Shown here piece by piece: positions 1 through 12,740 of a stretch of 64,000 nucleotides of DNA. This stretch comes from the human T2T-CHM13v2.0 reference genome, Homo sapiens. A model generated the notes under the pieces. It worked only from the letters and a program-made list of their open reading frames with translations. It was not told the DNA's origin and ran no database searches. How positions within the stretch are numbered: the first letter of the stretch is position 1; the number at the start of each line of letters is the position of its first letter. The stretch lies in NCBI RefSeq assembly GCF_009914755.1, contig NC_060925.1, one strand, 5' to 3'. A program made the translations under genes and the position numbers.

Positions 1-202
1 AGACCCCTATCATCTCCACAAAAAAAAAAAAAAATTTTTTTTAATTAACCGGGCATGGTATCACATGCCTTGTAATCCTAGTTACTTGGAAGGCTGATAG
101 CTTGAGCTCAAGAGTTGAGGTTACAGTGAGCTATGATAATACCACTGCACTGCAGCCTGCATGACATAGTGAGACCCAGTCTCAAAAAAAAAAAAAAAAA
201 AA
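1..202 (+). mobile_element. Alu SINE (AluJ-like), cut by window edge
   Basis: A-rich linker, right arm (gaggttacagtgagctatgat...ccactgcact...gtgagaccc) and poly(A) to ~202. Confidence 0.9.
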
Positions 203-1479
203 GTGAAGGGAACAGAAACAGCAAATGCAAAGATCATGAAAGCGTTCAGTTCAGTATTTCTAGAAAACACAAGTATCCCATAGTAGCCACTGGACTAGAA
301 GATGAAGCTGTAAAGATAGGATAGAGATAAATGGTAGAGAGCACAGAGACCAAGCTAAGGACTAGATCATTTCCCTATGAATTACCCAATCAGATCTATG
401 CTTTAAGAAGACCATGGGAGTGGAAGGAACAGATTAGAAAGAGGAGTAACTGGATATAGAGAGTCCAATTCTGGGCCTGGAAATAAAGGTCCAAAGAGTA
501 CATACATTCACTACTATCCCTGCCAATGAGTTAAGGTAAATATAGTTCTTTCCAGTGGCATTGGTCTGTGTAGGGGGGAATAAAAGATTCAACCTGAATT
601 TGTGGCTGTCACTGTCTTCCAGGAAGATTAGACTCCTGACAGCCTGAACTGTGGATTGAAGGGGTCTTCATGTGGGAAATTCAACAGGCTGAGAAAAAGT
701 TGTTAAATAAAATTTAGGAACCAGAGAGAAGATATAAGCCAAGTCTAGGCCTCAGGAAGATTCATATTGGAATTTTTTTTTTACGTATCTGGGCCTTTTG
801 TAGCTACACATCACACTCATAAAAATTCAATCACCAATAATGTATCAACTCCAAAACAATCACTTGATAGCCTTTTTTCTTCTTTTTTGCAGTGGGTGGA
901 ACGATAGTTTTTTTATTTTTATTTTTCTGCAGGTGTTTTTTCACATTTAATGCTCCTCAGCCTCTCAAGGAAAGGGTGTTTATCCTCATCCTTGTTTCCT
1001 AAGCCCCTACACAGGACATGGGACATAGAGGATGCTGCATAATTTAATAAATGTTTAATTATTTGATCAATTAATTCAAGTCAGAAGGCCATAATAGGCT
1101 AAACCAGACTTCAGCTGGTTCTAGTTATGTGGATCAATGTGAGAGCCACTTCTTTAGCATTTTAGACAAAGTGGCTCCATAAGGACCTTAGGTCCATTTC
1201 CAGGCCATCCTTGCATTTGTAAAAAGAAGGTTTCCAGAAGAAGGTTGTTTCCACTTCCCCCAAGCTCTATAATATGTATAAGACAGCACAAAATGCAATA
1301 GAATTTTTTCCCTAAATAGATATTTATTCTACTCTTCAGAACCTTGTAAGCATGGAGTATTGGCATTTTTGTGAATTGGTCTCCACTGAACAGATAAATG
1401 CCTGATATATGCTAATATATATGATTTATGTATCTTTTTAGATAGACAAGCCTATACAAGAAGTCTAGAAGTTACAAAC

Positions 1480-1688
1480 CTTCATTTTCTTCCTTGAGTC
1501 TTCTGTCAGTCTGTAATTGAGTCCTCCTTGTCTGGTCTCTGTCTGTCTTCACCTCTTATTTATTCCTGCTCTTTCTGCAGTGTCTCAGCTCTTTCTTGTT
1601 GGCCTTTTGACATGGATTTTCAGTCAAATGGTTCCATCCAGTTTTCTCTCCAATGGAGCTGTGTGTGACTTGTACAGCTCCAGGGTAA
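1480..1688 (-). other. Candidate spliced exon on the minus strand, probably 5'UTR ending in ATG AAG
   Basis: Minus strand shows a pyrimidine tract + CTCAG acceptor (AG at 1690-1689), a 209-nt purine-rich body with stops in all three frames, and ...GAAAATGAAG|GTTTGT donor at 1479. A strong upstream donor CCG|GTAAGT lies at 2303/2302. Confidence 0.4.
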
Positions 1689-1759
1689 CTGAGAAAATAA
1701 AGGAAAATGATCATTCCTCATCCACTGAGAAAATAAAGGAAAATGATCATTCCTCATCC
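1688..1759. repeat. Perfect 36-bp tandem duplication
   Basis: actgagaaaataaaggaaaatgatcattcctcatcc at 1688-1723 and 1724-1759. Confidence 0.97.
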
Positions 1760-2627
1760 AACTCAAAATTAAGTATGTAAAAGACAAATATTTCTTTTGT
1801 CTGATTGCATATTCAAGCAGACTCTATTGATATGCTTACAGAGTTGTTCTGATTTCTTTATTTTTCCAAAGAATCTTTTCTGTCATCCTTGATAGGTATG
1901 TGCCAGAACTCCAGAGAGTACAGTTAGAACCCTGGCCCCCCAAAAAAAAGGTGGAGGAGAAAATCCTGTCTTGATACAATACCATAAAGATATAAAGTAG
2001 GAAAAATTTTAAAAATTAATTTTCATGACATTGAGATTTTTCATATTTAAAAATTATATATCTATTTAACGAAAACTTCATAATGGCTCTACTATGAAGC
2101 TAATTTCAACCAGCTGGGACATAACATGAACAATGCTGACATGCTGCAGTTGAAAACATAAGCCCCAACAAGCCTTAATTTCCATGAAAGAATACATATT
2201 ATTATGAACATAATCCAGAGGCAAAAAAAGGGCTAGCAAACAGAGAACTTTGGATAAATTATGTTCCATTAAACATGCCATTATTTTTAATGTTGTACTT
2301 ACCGGACACTTTGTAGACCTTTATTTTCAACAGAGGATGATTACAGAATTATCTTCGTTTTTGAAAGAACAAAACCAGAAAAAATGAAGTTAAACTTCAA
2401 CTTAAAAGATTAGATCAAGAACAAAATAGTTTCATGGCCAAATTTGAGGGGTCTTGTTTAACATTAAGATGAGGAGAGGCGCTACTCACAGAGAGAAAGG
2501 ATTTCAGATCTTGCAAACATTTAAATCTTGTATAACACAAGTTGGGGATTAGTCACAAGAAACAACAGAAGGAAAGCAGTTCACTGGATATACCAGTCTT
2601 TTGCACAGTTCATCCCCACTAATTAAA

Positions 2628-2910
2628 ACACCTTTCCCACTTGGCAAACTACTATTCAACTCTCAAAACCCAAATCAGTGGTCACCTTCTCTAGGAAGCC
2701 TTCCTTACTCCCACCCCAGTTGAAGTTAATCCTGCCCTTCTCTGTATCATTCTCTACTTGTACCTAATTCTATTATTGTGTTTAATTATATTTATTTGTT
2801 CATATGTCAGCTTCTCTATTCAAAATATTAATTCCTTGAAAGCAGGCCAATATCTTATTGATCTTTGAAAAAGCAGAGTATCAGAAACATAATAGGCACA
2901 TTATTCACTT
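2628..2910 (+). mobile_element. L2 LINE 3' fragment
   Basis: L2-type motifs gtcaccttctctaggaagccttcc, ttccttgaaagcagg, taataggcac. Confidence 0.65.
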
Positions 2911-3024
2911 CATGCAACTAAAGAAACAAGGACTAAATGTGCAAAATTGCCAAGCAGTTCTTGAAACATTTTGCACAGCCGAGAAGTCAAACAACATTCA
3001 GTCTTCAGCACCTTTGCCCTTCTT

Positions 3025-3829
3025 TGGCAATTTCTTTCACTCCCTTGATTTCAGCTGTTCTCATTATGATTACCAAATCTGCATTTCCATTCTTGAACTT
3101 TTGTCCAGATTCTAGATTCACTTTCACTGCCTGCTGAACATTTCCACATGAAAAGTTCATGAATGCCTCAACTTTCAATATACCCAAAAAGAATTTATTA
3201 CTCCTCTGTCACAAATTTACCCTTCTTGCTGTGTTCTCTGTATTGGTTCATTGCTTCACCATCATCCCTGTATGACAAGTTAAGCACTTAGAATCAGCTT
3301 TTCTCCCTACTTTTGCATCCCCCACCCTATTCTCCTGTTGCCAAATCCTTTCAGTCTGCCTATCAACGGTCTTTTGCTTACCTCTTCTCTTTCCCACTTC
3401 TACTGAATTAGTTCAAGTTCTCAATATATTTCTCCTGACCAATGTAATAAGCTGCTAAGAGGCTTCCCGCTTCAAGCCTTTTCAACACAACTCCCATTAT
3501 GCTGCAAATAACTTTCCTAAAACAACAACATATTTATGTCGGTTTCCTGCTCAAAGACAACACTGATGGCTCTTCACTGGTGCAATTCCTCCTTCTGGCA
3601 TGCAAAGGCCTCTGAGAGAGCCCCATGATGTCTCCTTTTCCTATGCATCCATCATTTTTTCATACTGCCCCACAGTGCACACTCCATTCACACACCCTCT
3701 AGACATACCTCTCTACTCCTCAAACACGCCCTTTGCTGCCCCATCCCCAACAACGTTGTTCTATACTGGTAGAACCCCTCTCACACTTCTTCTCCATTTC
3801 CCTATCAATGTCCTATTCATCCTCTAGTC
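3025..3829 (+). mobile_element. L2 LINE fragment (continues past the Charlie insertion to ~4570)
   Basis: Pyrimidine-rich L2 motifs (ctgcctgctgaacatttccacatg, cctcaactttcaatatacccaaaa, cctgctcaaa, tggcatgcaaaggcc). Confidence 0.65.
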
Positions 3830-4314
3830 TAGTGGTTCTTAACCTGTACTCCATAGACCCCCAAGGGTCCAGAGGTAAAATTAAGAGATTTGTGATTTAA
3901 ATGGGAGAAAAATTACATTTCCATTTTCGCTAACTCCTAACTGAACTGTAGTATTTCCTTTTATTGTGAATCTAGGCAACAAACATTGAAAATATTAGAA
4001 GTACATAAGACTTTGTCACAAATAGAAATCACAGATATATCCATATCACATTATAGTCATTACAGATATCTTGAATTATTATTTATGCTCATTACTACTT
4101 TAAAATTACAATAGTTATTACACCTGCAAATGAAATTTTTTATTTAATGCCTTAATAAAGAAGTGTACTTATTATTATATCACAATTTTTTTTATATTTC
4201 AAGAGCTATTTTGATACAATTGGTTTCAATTATAATCCTTTCTCTTTTATTTTATACATTCCAAACATTATTTTGAGAACAGTTTATTAGACACAATAAT
4301 GGTTAAGGATGCCC
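3830..4314 (+). mobile_element. hAT-Charlie DNA transposon (Charlie4a-like)
   Basis: Degenerate TIRs tagtggttcttaacc / ggttaaggatgccc; hAT-type 8-bp target copies ctctagtc and gtctaggt; internal gactttgtcacaaatagaaatcacagatat. Confidence 0.75.
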
Positions 4315-4583
4315 GTCTAGGTTTATCCTAAACTCTACCACAAGATGTTTTCCCACGCCTCACCCCTACCCCACACAGTATAAATTAATATCTTCTTCTA
4401 CCTGATTCCATCAACTAGTTGAAACCCCTCCTGAGGCTCTGAGGAGGACTGCCTTCTGCCTGCCTTCTTTTGTAGTTATTTATTAGTCATTTACTAGGCT
4501 TTGAGATCCCAGGGATAGGAACATTTATTTCCTGTTTTTAACTAGCCCATGCTGATTGCATCCATGGTAGGTGATGAACCTGA

Positions 4584-4900
<317 letters not shown>

Positions 4901-6049
4901 TGAACACATTTCTTTTTCAGGGAATGTTTTAGGTTGATGGAAATCAAATCAAGAAAATAGACATGTTGCTAATGTATTCTGGTGGCTGAAGCAAGTTTGT
5001 CAACTTGTAACACAAACTGAACTGCTCTGTTCTCCTACCTGATTTCTGTGTCTCAAAACAAGACAGGAAAACAAGGGCAAGGATGAAAAAGGTGACTCTA
5101 GAATTCTACCTTTGGTAATCCAGACACACAGCAATGAATAATTTATTTAAATATATATATATCTTTATGTATATGTGACTATGTATACATATACTGCATA
5201 TCAATGGTTTGGCATGCAGTATATAGTGTATACATTATATGTATACATAATATATTAAATATATATTATTTTATTTATAGTTCCATCACACAAGTAGCAG
5301 TTTATACAAGTTGGATTTGAACCTTCACAAGAGAACATGTGGAATACTGACCAATCAAAAACCATTCATGCTTCAGGGTCAAAAAATGTATTTTTGAAAC
5401 AATGACTTTTATTATTACTTGCTATTGCATAACATAAGGTCTTTGTGTGAGGATATAAAACAGTTCCTTCAATGAAGTTATTTATGTTCATTGATACCCA
5501 AATCCATAATCTTAATGGTATGGTTTAAAGAAATAATGTAACATAACACATTCATGGAGCACTCATCTCTGAACAATTAACGGAGATTGATAAAAATCAA
5601 CACCAGATAAACACCCTTTTGACAATGAGCCTCATTATATGATGCATGGGAGAAACAGAAGTTGTGAATGATAAAGAAGACATAAAAGAAAATGCTGCAA
5701 GAGATTCAATTTAATACAAAGATGAATATTACAAATACATGTTTAATTGAATAATCAAATATTTAGTCATTCTTTTATGTTACTCCCACTAAAAAACCTA
5801 AGACATAACAAATGGCCCCAAAACCATCTGCTAGGAACATCCATTTGCATGCTAATTTTTTATAATTCATAGTTTGAAGTTATTTGTGCAAGCTTCCTAT
5901 TCTCCTTCTTTAAATTTTGGCCATTTCTGTGTTCCCTGACTCATTCCTGCTTCTCACAACAGGCAAGGGAATTACCAATATTAGTAGTAGTAATAATAAT
6001 AATAAACACTCATAAGTTATAATGTTCTGTAGCTTTTAATGTTTTAGCT

Positions 6050-6250
6050 ACTAATATTTCACGTTAATTCTCATAAGAACACTGTAAGGAAAACAGGACA
6101 GGTATTATATTAAATATATAGATAAAGGGACTAAAGCTCATGGAAGTTAAGTAATTTGCCCAAGTTCCCACAGCCTGTGAATAATGAATAACACGGTCAA
6201 AACATGTATCCAGGCCTAATGAGTCTGAATGCAGTTCTCTTTCTGTTTCC
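6050..6250 (-). mobile_element. MIR SINE
   Basis: Reverse-complement MIR core (gttaagtaatttgcccaagttcccacagc). Confidence 0.7.
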
Positions 6251-9200
6251 ATTCTACCCAAGGAAGAGTTAAAGATCATATAACTTCACTTGGGTGATTT
6301 CTGAATCTAATTTCAGCTCTTAACCAATCATTGTGGTTAAAGGAATGATTTACCACAGATATACAGTAGGCACTTGGTTATTTGTTCATTTAATTATGCA
6401 ACAAATAGTTTTTTTAGCACCTCACATTTGCAAAGCCTATAAAATCGATTGGCAGATCCAATTGCCTGTAAGCACTTAGGGTATTTACATTACAAGGAAA
6501 CAACTTAGACTGGCATATTTTTAACTTTTCAGGATAGTTTTCAAAGGGGAGTCAACACGGCAACTTATTAGTCATCTGCTTTATTCTTGTACCCATCCTA
6601 ATTGTTAAGAGGAGGAAGGTAGAGAAGGACACTGTGTAGAAAATGAAAGGCTGTCATAGTGAACACTGTAGTACATCACCTAGATACCACCTCACCCAAG
6701 GTCATGCTCCCACCCCAGGAGCAACCTACATCCAATGACTAATCTATGCATGGGTGCAAAGTCCAAGCCTCATTGTGGAGCCAACTGTGCCCCCCTCATG
6801 CATAGACCATCCCAGCCCCTGAACCCAAACTGACTGCCCACTCCTGCTTCCTCACTCTGTCATAGACATTATTCTCATGGGACAAGAAAGAAGGTTCTTA
6901 AATGGGATTATGGAGCCAAATTGCCAACTGACCAGTTGGTGTTGATCACTTATGGTAGATGGAGCACAAATAGCCCCTGACATGTGTCAGTGGTACTACT
7001 GTTAAAGTTGCCACCACTGGAGAACTGAAATTGTAATCCATTGGAAGAAAATGACTGGTAGGTGTAATGTCTCCTGCACTTGAGAAATATGGGAGAGATG
7101 GCAAGTGTAAGGATAGTGAAGGCTATTTCTTGGGGCAATCAGTGCTTTTGGAGAAAGATAATGAAAGGCTGAGGGTGATTAATCAGCAATTGAAAGCTAA
7201 TTATCAAAGTCAGAGCACCTCAATGCAGCATATAAAGAGTCTCATCTCCTTCAGTCAAGGGACAAAAAGCTGAGGATGAGAAACTGAACTTTATAAGTAG
7301 CAGAGTTGAATTATTGGTTCCTCCGAGTCACTATGCCAAGGCCAAGATTCTGATTGGGAAGAAATGAGACCCTGAAATATGGAATACCATATCTTTGGAA
7401 ATCATGAGTCACCAGGTACTCCTGAACTCTCTGGACTTCCAGAAGTAACCCACTCCTCCCTGTAAAAATCTAGCATTTCCCCTGTGCTTGAAGATGATAT
7501 AGAGGCCCCTATCTTGCAAGACAGCATGGATCCCCTCAGAACATTCCCCCAACCTGTCTCCCTGGTTATTCAACCATTATCTAGTATTAAGTCACAACAA
7601 AACATAGTTTATGTTGAGCTGGGCCTGCTGAGCAGACAGAGACAATATCCGCAAAGAGCTGCAGAATCTAGACAACATGTACCAATAGGAGGCAAGAAAG
7701 TACATATGGGCTTGGATGCTGAGAGTGCTGGATCAAAGGAGGTAGAACATGAAGTTGGATAAATGAAAAGTTACTTATTTTGAAGCCCTCATTAGGATTA
7801 TACATCCTGGCAAAGACCCTGGAAATTCATATTAGCACACTACTGAGATGATCCTTTGAAGTTTAGAGAAAACAAAGTCTAGTAAAGAATGCTCCAATTG
7901 CCATGGCAGATGGTAGAAGAGGGATCAAAGGGCTTAGAAAAATGGGTATACTAGCATACATATACTAAGTAAGACCAGAAAATCCGCCAGCTAGCTTTGG
8001 CCTGCTGCAAGGCCCAGAGGACACTGTTTACCAAAACAATAAGAAATGCATCAGCTACAGGGACACCAGCATCACTGAGAAGCTCAGTGGTGGCTGTCTT
8101 CTGTTGGCCAGGGCTGACAGTAATAAATTCCATTATAAAACTGAGCCCCTTGATAGCAGACTGGATAATAAAATCCTAAAATAATGGAGACCAGGTAGAG
8201 GAACATAGCCACCAGAAGTAAGGTGAACACTCAAGATTGGAACGGCAGCCTGGAGGGTCTGACTCACAGAGAGCTATGGAGACGATTAATAGAACGTAGC
8301 ATTCCTAAGGGAAATATAGATGGGATGGCAACAAGGGTACTGCTCAATTCACATAATCAAAAGAAATCAGAGATGGATGATCAGGAGGCTGTGGGCACAT
8401 AAGAAGGCCAATCCCTTGCCCAGTTTCTGTACCTAAGCCAGTTTTGAGACCCAGAACTGACTGACTGAAGGAGAAGCTGGGTCCCCAGGAGGAAGGCTCT
8501 GCAACACCATGGCAAGTACACATGGTAATGATTCCCCAGTTCAAAAGGGACCTATAGCCATTTACTCAGGCAACCATATACTGGGGACAGGGTAATTTCA
8601 AATATTTTGAAGACTGTTGGATCCAGCGTCCATGCTGACATTTATACCTAAGAACTCAAAGCATCAGTCACCACCCTCTATTAGAGTGGAGACCCGGTTT
8701 GAAAAAAAAAAAAGTCCAGCTCACAGACAGTCCACTGTCTCTCCCAATCCACAGGCTCTCCCAATGGGTACTCCAATTGGAGAAGACTTTTTTGGTAGCT
8801 GGCACAACCTTAGCATTAGTTTCTTGGCCAGCCAAGAAAGTAAAACAAAAACAATTACATCTTGAGGAAACTGGAAGATGTTTGTGCCACCCTTAAAGAC
8901 CTAAAGGACTTAGGGGTGGTGTTGCCACCTAATTTCCATTCAATTTATCAGTCTGGGCCCTGAAAAATCAGGTAGATCCTGAAGGATAACTGTAAACTAC
9001 CACAAACTCAACCAAGCACTAGCCCTCATTGCATCTACTGTGCCAGGTGCTACAGCAGATTAACAGCCTCTAGTACATGGAGTGCAGCCATTGATCTGGC
9101 TTATGCATTCTTTTCCATCTCTATCAGAAATAGTTCTCACAACAGTGTACATGCACAACCTTTCCCAAGAGCTAATTTAACTCTCTTACTCTGTATAATG

Positions 9201-9343
9201 ATGTGGTATAAAGAGACCTGGATCATGCTGCTGTGTTGTAGAGCATCACATTGGTCTGCCATATCAATGATATGTAAATTGGACCAGAATATCGAGAAGT
9301 AGCAAGTATGTTGGAAGCTTTAGTAAAACATATAACACTTTGG

Positions 9344-9753
9344 CTTTCCGTGCTGATATTGCTCCAGCAAACATGGCAAACATTCTTAAAACCCACCCGA
9401 CATTCTGTAAGAAGTGTGGCAAGCACCAATCCCACAAAGTGATACAGTAGAAGAAGGGCAAGGATTCTCCATATGCCCAGGAAAAGTGGCATTATGACAG
9501 GAAGCAGAGTGGCTATGGTGGGCAGACTAAGCTGGTTTTCTACAAAAGGCTAAAAGTACAAAGAAGATTGTGCTGAGGCTTCAGTGTGTTGAGACCAACT
9601 GCAGATCTAAGAGAATGCTGGCTATGAAGAGATGCAAGCATTTTGAACTGGGAGGAAATAAGAAGATAAAGGGCCAAGTGATATCCAGTTCTAAGAATCA
9701 TCTTTTGCTTTATTATGAAGAAAATACAAATTTGATATTATGTTAAAAACAAA
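9344..9753 (+). pseudogene. RPL36A: Processed pseudogene of ribosomal protein L36a (eL42); locus number unknown
   Basis: TOP-like 5'UTR ctttccg; ATG at 9373; translates [35 protein letters not shown]...[13 protein letters not shown]...[32 protein letters not shown]. Premature TAG at 9448, frameshifts near 9545 and 9681, stop at 9692, no introns, decayed A-tail, degenerate TSD. Confidence 0.96.
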
Positions 9754-10204
9754 TGTATCACTCTGATGGGCAGAGGTAAGCCCTACAAAGATTAAAAGGT
9801 CTGCAACATCAGTAAAATATTGGGAGAGGGTCCAATGATCTGGGATCATCCTGGGACATCCTCTCAAAATAAAAGAAGAAATTGCATCTCCTGCCTCCCA
9901 CCACAAAGAAAGAAGTAAAATGTCTGGCAGGCCTCTTGAGTTCTGGAGGAAGCATATTCTACACTTGAGAATATTACTCTAACCTATATACCAGAAAGCA
10001 TGAAAGGCTGACAATTTTAAAGGCAGCCCAATGCTGGAAAGGGTTCTGCAGCAAGTCCAGGTCATGACACAAACAGTCCTGCCACTTGGGCAATAGAACA
10101 CAACAGACTCTATGGGCTTACAGGTGCTTGTGATGGGAAAAAACACTGTGTGGAGTTCATAGCAAGCCACGATATGGGAATCACAATTAAGAATTCTAGC
10201 ATTC

Positions 10205-10507
<303 letters not shown>

Positions 10508-10521
10508 GAATCCTAGCATTT

Positions 10522-10861
<340 letters not shown>

Positions 10862-11099
10862 CTACTGGGCCCTGGTGGAAATGGAGGCATGGTCCACAGA
10901 ACAGTAAATAACCATGTTGTCAGGACTGTCCACCATGAGCTGGATTCTGTCCAGTCTGAAGACCAGCTGTAGCAGTGGGATACATCCCAGTAATCTTAAA
11001 AGTTTTCACCCAGAAAAGAAATCCACCAAAACCCTGAAGGAGTTGTTCCCAGAACTTTTACCAGCAAAGGGATCTGAGCAGCACAAGCAGTAAACTTTA

Positions 11100-11522
11100 A
11101 TAGACATTTTAATGTGCTATCCAGATCACCCCTTCGCTTCAGGCCAGACACACTCATTCCCCCAGCTACCATGACTATTACTGATGGACAGCTCACAGCT
11201 GATCGTTCCTCGAGATATTGCCCTCAGCTAATGAGAGCCACCTCTTCCAATGTCATGCTCCCTTCCCAGGGCAACTGGCATCAAATGACTGATCAATACA
11301 GGGCTACAAAGGCTCACTGCCCTTGGCCCAGGGCCATTTTAGCTCCATAGTTCCTGAGATTCAGCTGAGATATCTGTTGTGACTACAATACAGCTCAAAT
11401 TTTCTCTCTCAATCATCCTGCATTCTTCATTCCCTTACAGGTGTTGATCCAAGAACATTCCCTAGTAAAATTTCTGCATGCTAATCTCTGAACTTTCTTC
11501 CCAGAGAATCTGACCTGTAACA
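11100..11522 (+). mobile_element. LTR16-family 3' LTR
   Basis: ccagatcacccc..., cccccagct, gctcacagctg, attgccctcagc, cccttacagg, agtaaa poly(A)-signal position, terminal ...gacctgtaaca. Confidence 0.75.
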
Positions 11523-11576
11523 GCTGTACCTAGCGTGGGCAATCTTTCCTTGATATACTCTTTTTACAACGAAAGC

Positions 11577-11741
11577 TTTTTTTAGATATGGGATCTCACT
11601 ATGTTGTCCAGACTGAAGTGTAATGGCTATTCACATGTGCAATCATAGCTCACTATGGCCTCAAATTCCTGGGCTCAACTGATTCTCCTGCCTCAGCCTC
11701 CCAAATAGCTGGGACTACAGGCACATGTCACCACACCTGGA
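11577..11741 (-). mobile_element. FAM (fossil Alu monomer, 7SL-derived)
   Basis: Monomer retaining 7SL-like gtaatggctattcaca.g.gcaatcatagc; short TSD aa(a/g)gcttttt. Confidence 0.8.
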
Positions 11742-12194
11742 TGCAAAGGCTTTTTATAAACTAAGATTTTAGAACTTTGAAAAACAAAACTCACATGGCT
11801 GCCCTAATGTTTAATCCACAATTTCAATTTCCAAGTTCTTTCAAAAACTCATGTTAAAACTAAAAATTCATCTAGACCATATAAATACCTATACTCTATA
11901 TCTTTGTAGCTATTTATTTAAATAGCTGTTTTATTATGTTGTAAACATATTTTCCCATTCTATGAAATCAACATTATTCTTAAATTTTATATCTTTCTTC
12001 TTTCATAAAATGATAAAAATTCATTGCCTACTATTTCATTCAGTTTCTACTGAGAAATAATTATAAATTCTTAAAACTTCACATCATCAATATTATCAAT
12101 CTGCTGCCTCATACACTTGGTGTAGTAGAAGAACTACTTAACGAGGAATCTAGACGTCTTAGTTTAGCTTTTTTATGTGACTTTGTATTACTCA

Positions 12195-12740
12195 CTTTAT
12201 TTATTCATTTAACAAATATGGTGCAGTGCTTGGGGTGTTTCAGAAATTGCACTTAATTCTGAGCAGAAAGAATAAGGAAGACAGGCAGCCCCAATCCTCA
12301 TAAAGATTATAACCTAATGGTGAAAGCAGACATTAAACAAGTCATGTTATAAATAATTGTTTGACTAACAATTGCGATATGTGTTCTGAAGAGTAAAGCC
12401 ACAGTGTCATGAGTGTGTAGAACAGAAGGCCCTAACCTAGCCTAGGATGCCTGAAATTTCTTGAGGAAATGGCATTTAAGTTGAGACATAAAGAACAGAT
12501 GAAACTTAGCAAGATAAAAAGGGGGAAAGAGATTTATAGACAGAAGGAACTTTATACTTGAAAATTCCATAAAGGGAAGAAGCTTAGTATGTTCGTAGAA
12601 CTAAAGGAAGGCTACATAACAAGAGAATAGTAGAGACACAGGAGATTGGGAGCAAGCCATATCACACAGGGCCTTGTACATCAGAGGGACAGTTTTGAAC
12701 TTTATCTTAGGTGCAGTAAGAAGCCATTTCAGAGTTTTAG
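12195..12740 (-). mobile_element. L2 LINE fragment
   Basis: Reverse L2 3' end (attcatttaacaaatat) and body (ggccttgta..., gaagccatt...gagtttta). Confidence 0.7.

Noticed and set aside
872-935. Two plus-strand acceptor-like tracts (ttttttgcag, atttttctgcag)
   Set aside because: No convincing downstream donor or reading frame; common in T-rich DNA
1517-1780. Hydrophobic 87-aa plus-strand ORF with a repeated TEKIKENDHSSS
   Set aside because: Starts at TTG, not ATG; hydrophobicity reflects pyrimidine-rich DNA and the repeat is just the 36-bp duplication; splice signals favour the opposite strand
9373-9694. RPL36A copy as a functional retrogene or a virally captured gene
   Set aside because: Nonsense codon at 9448, two frameshifts, and a TSD/A-tail remnant indicating L1-mediated insertion after the provirus
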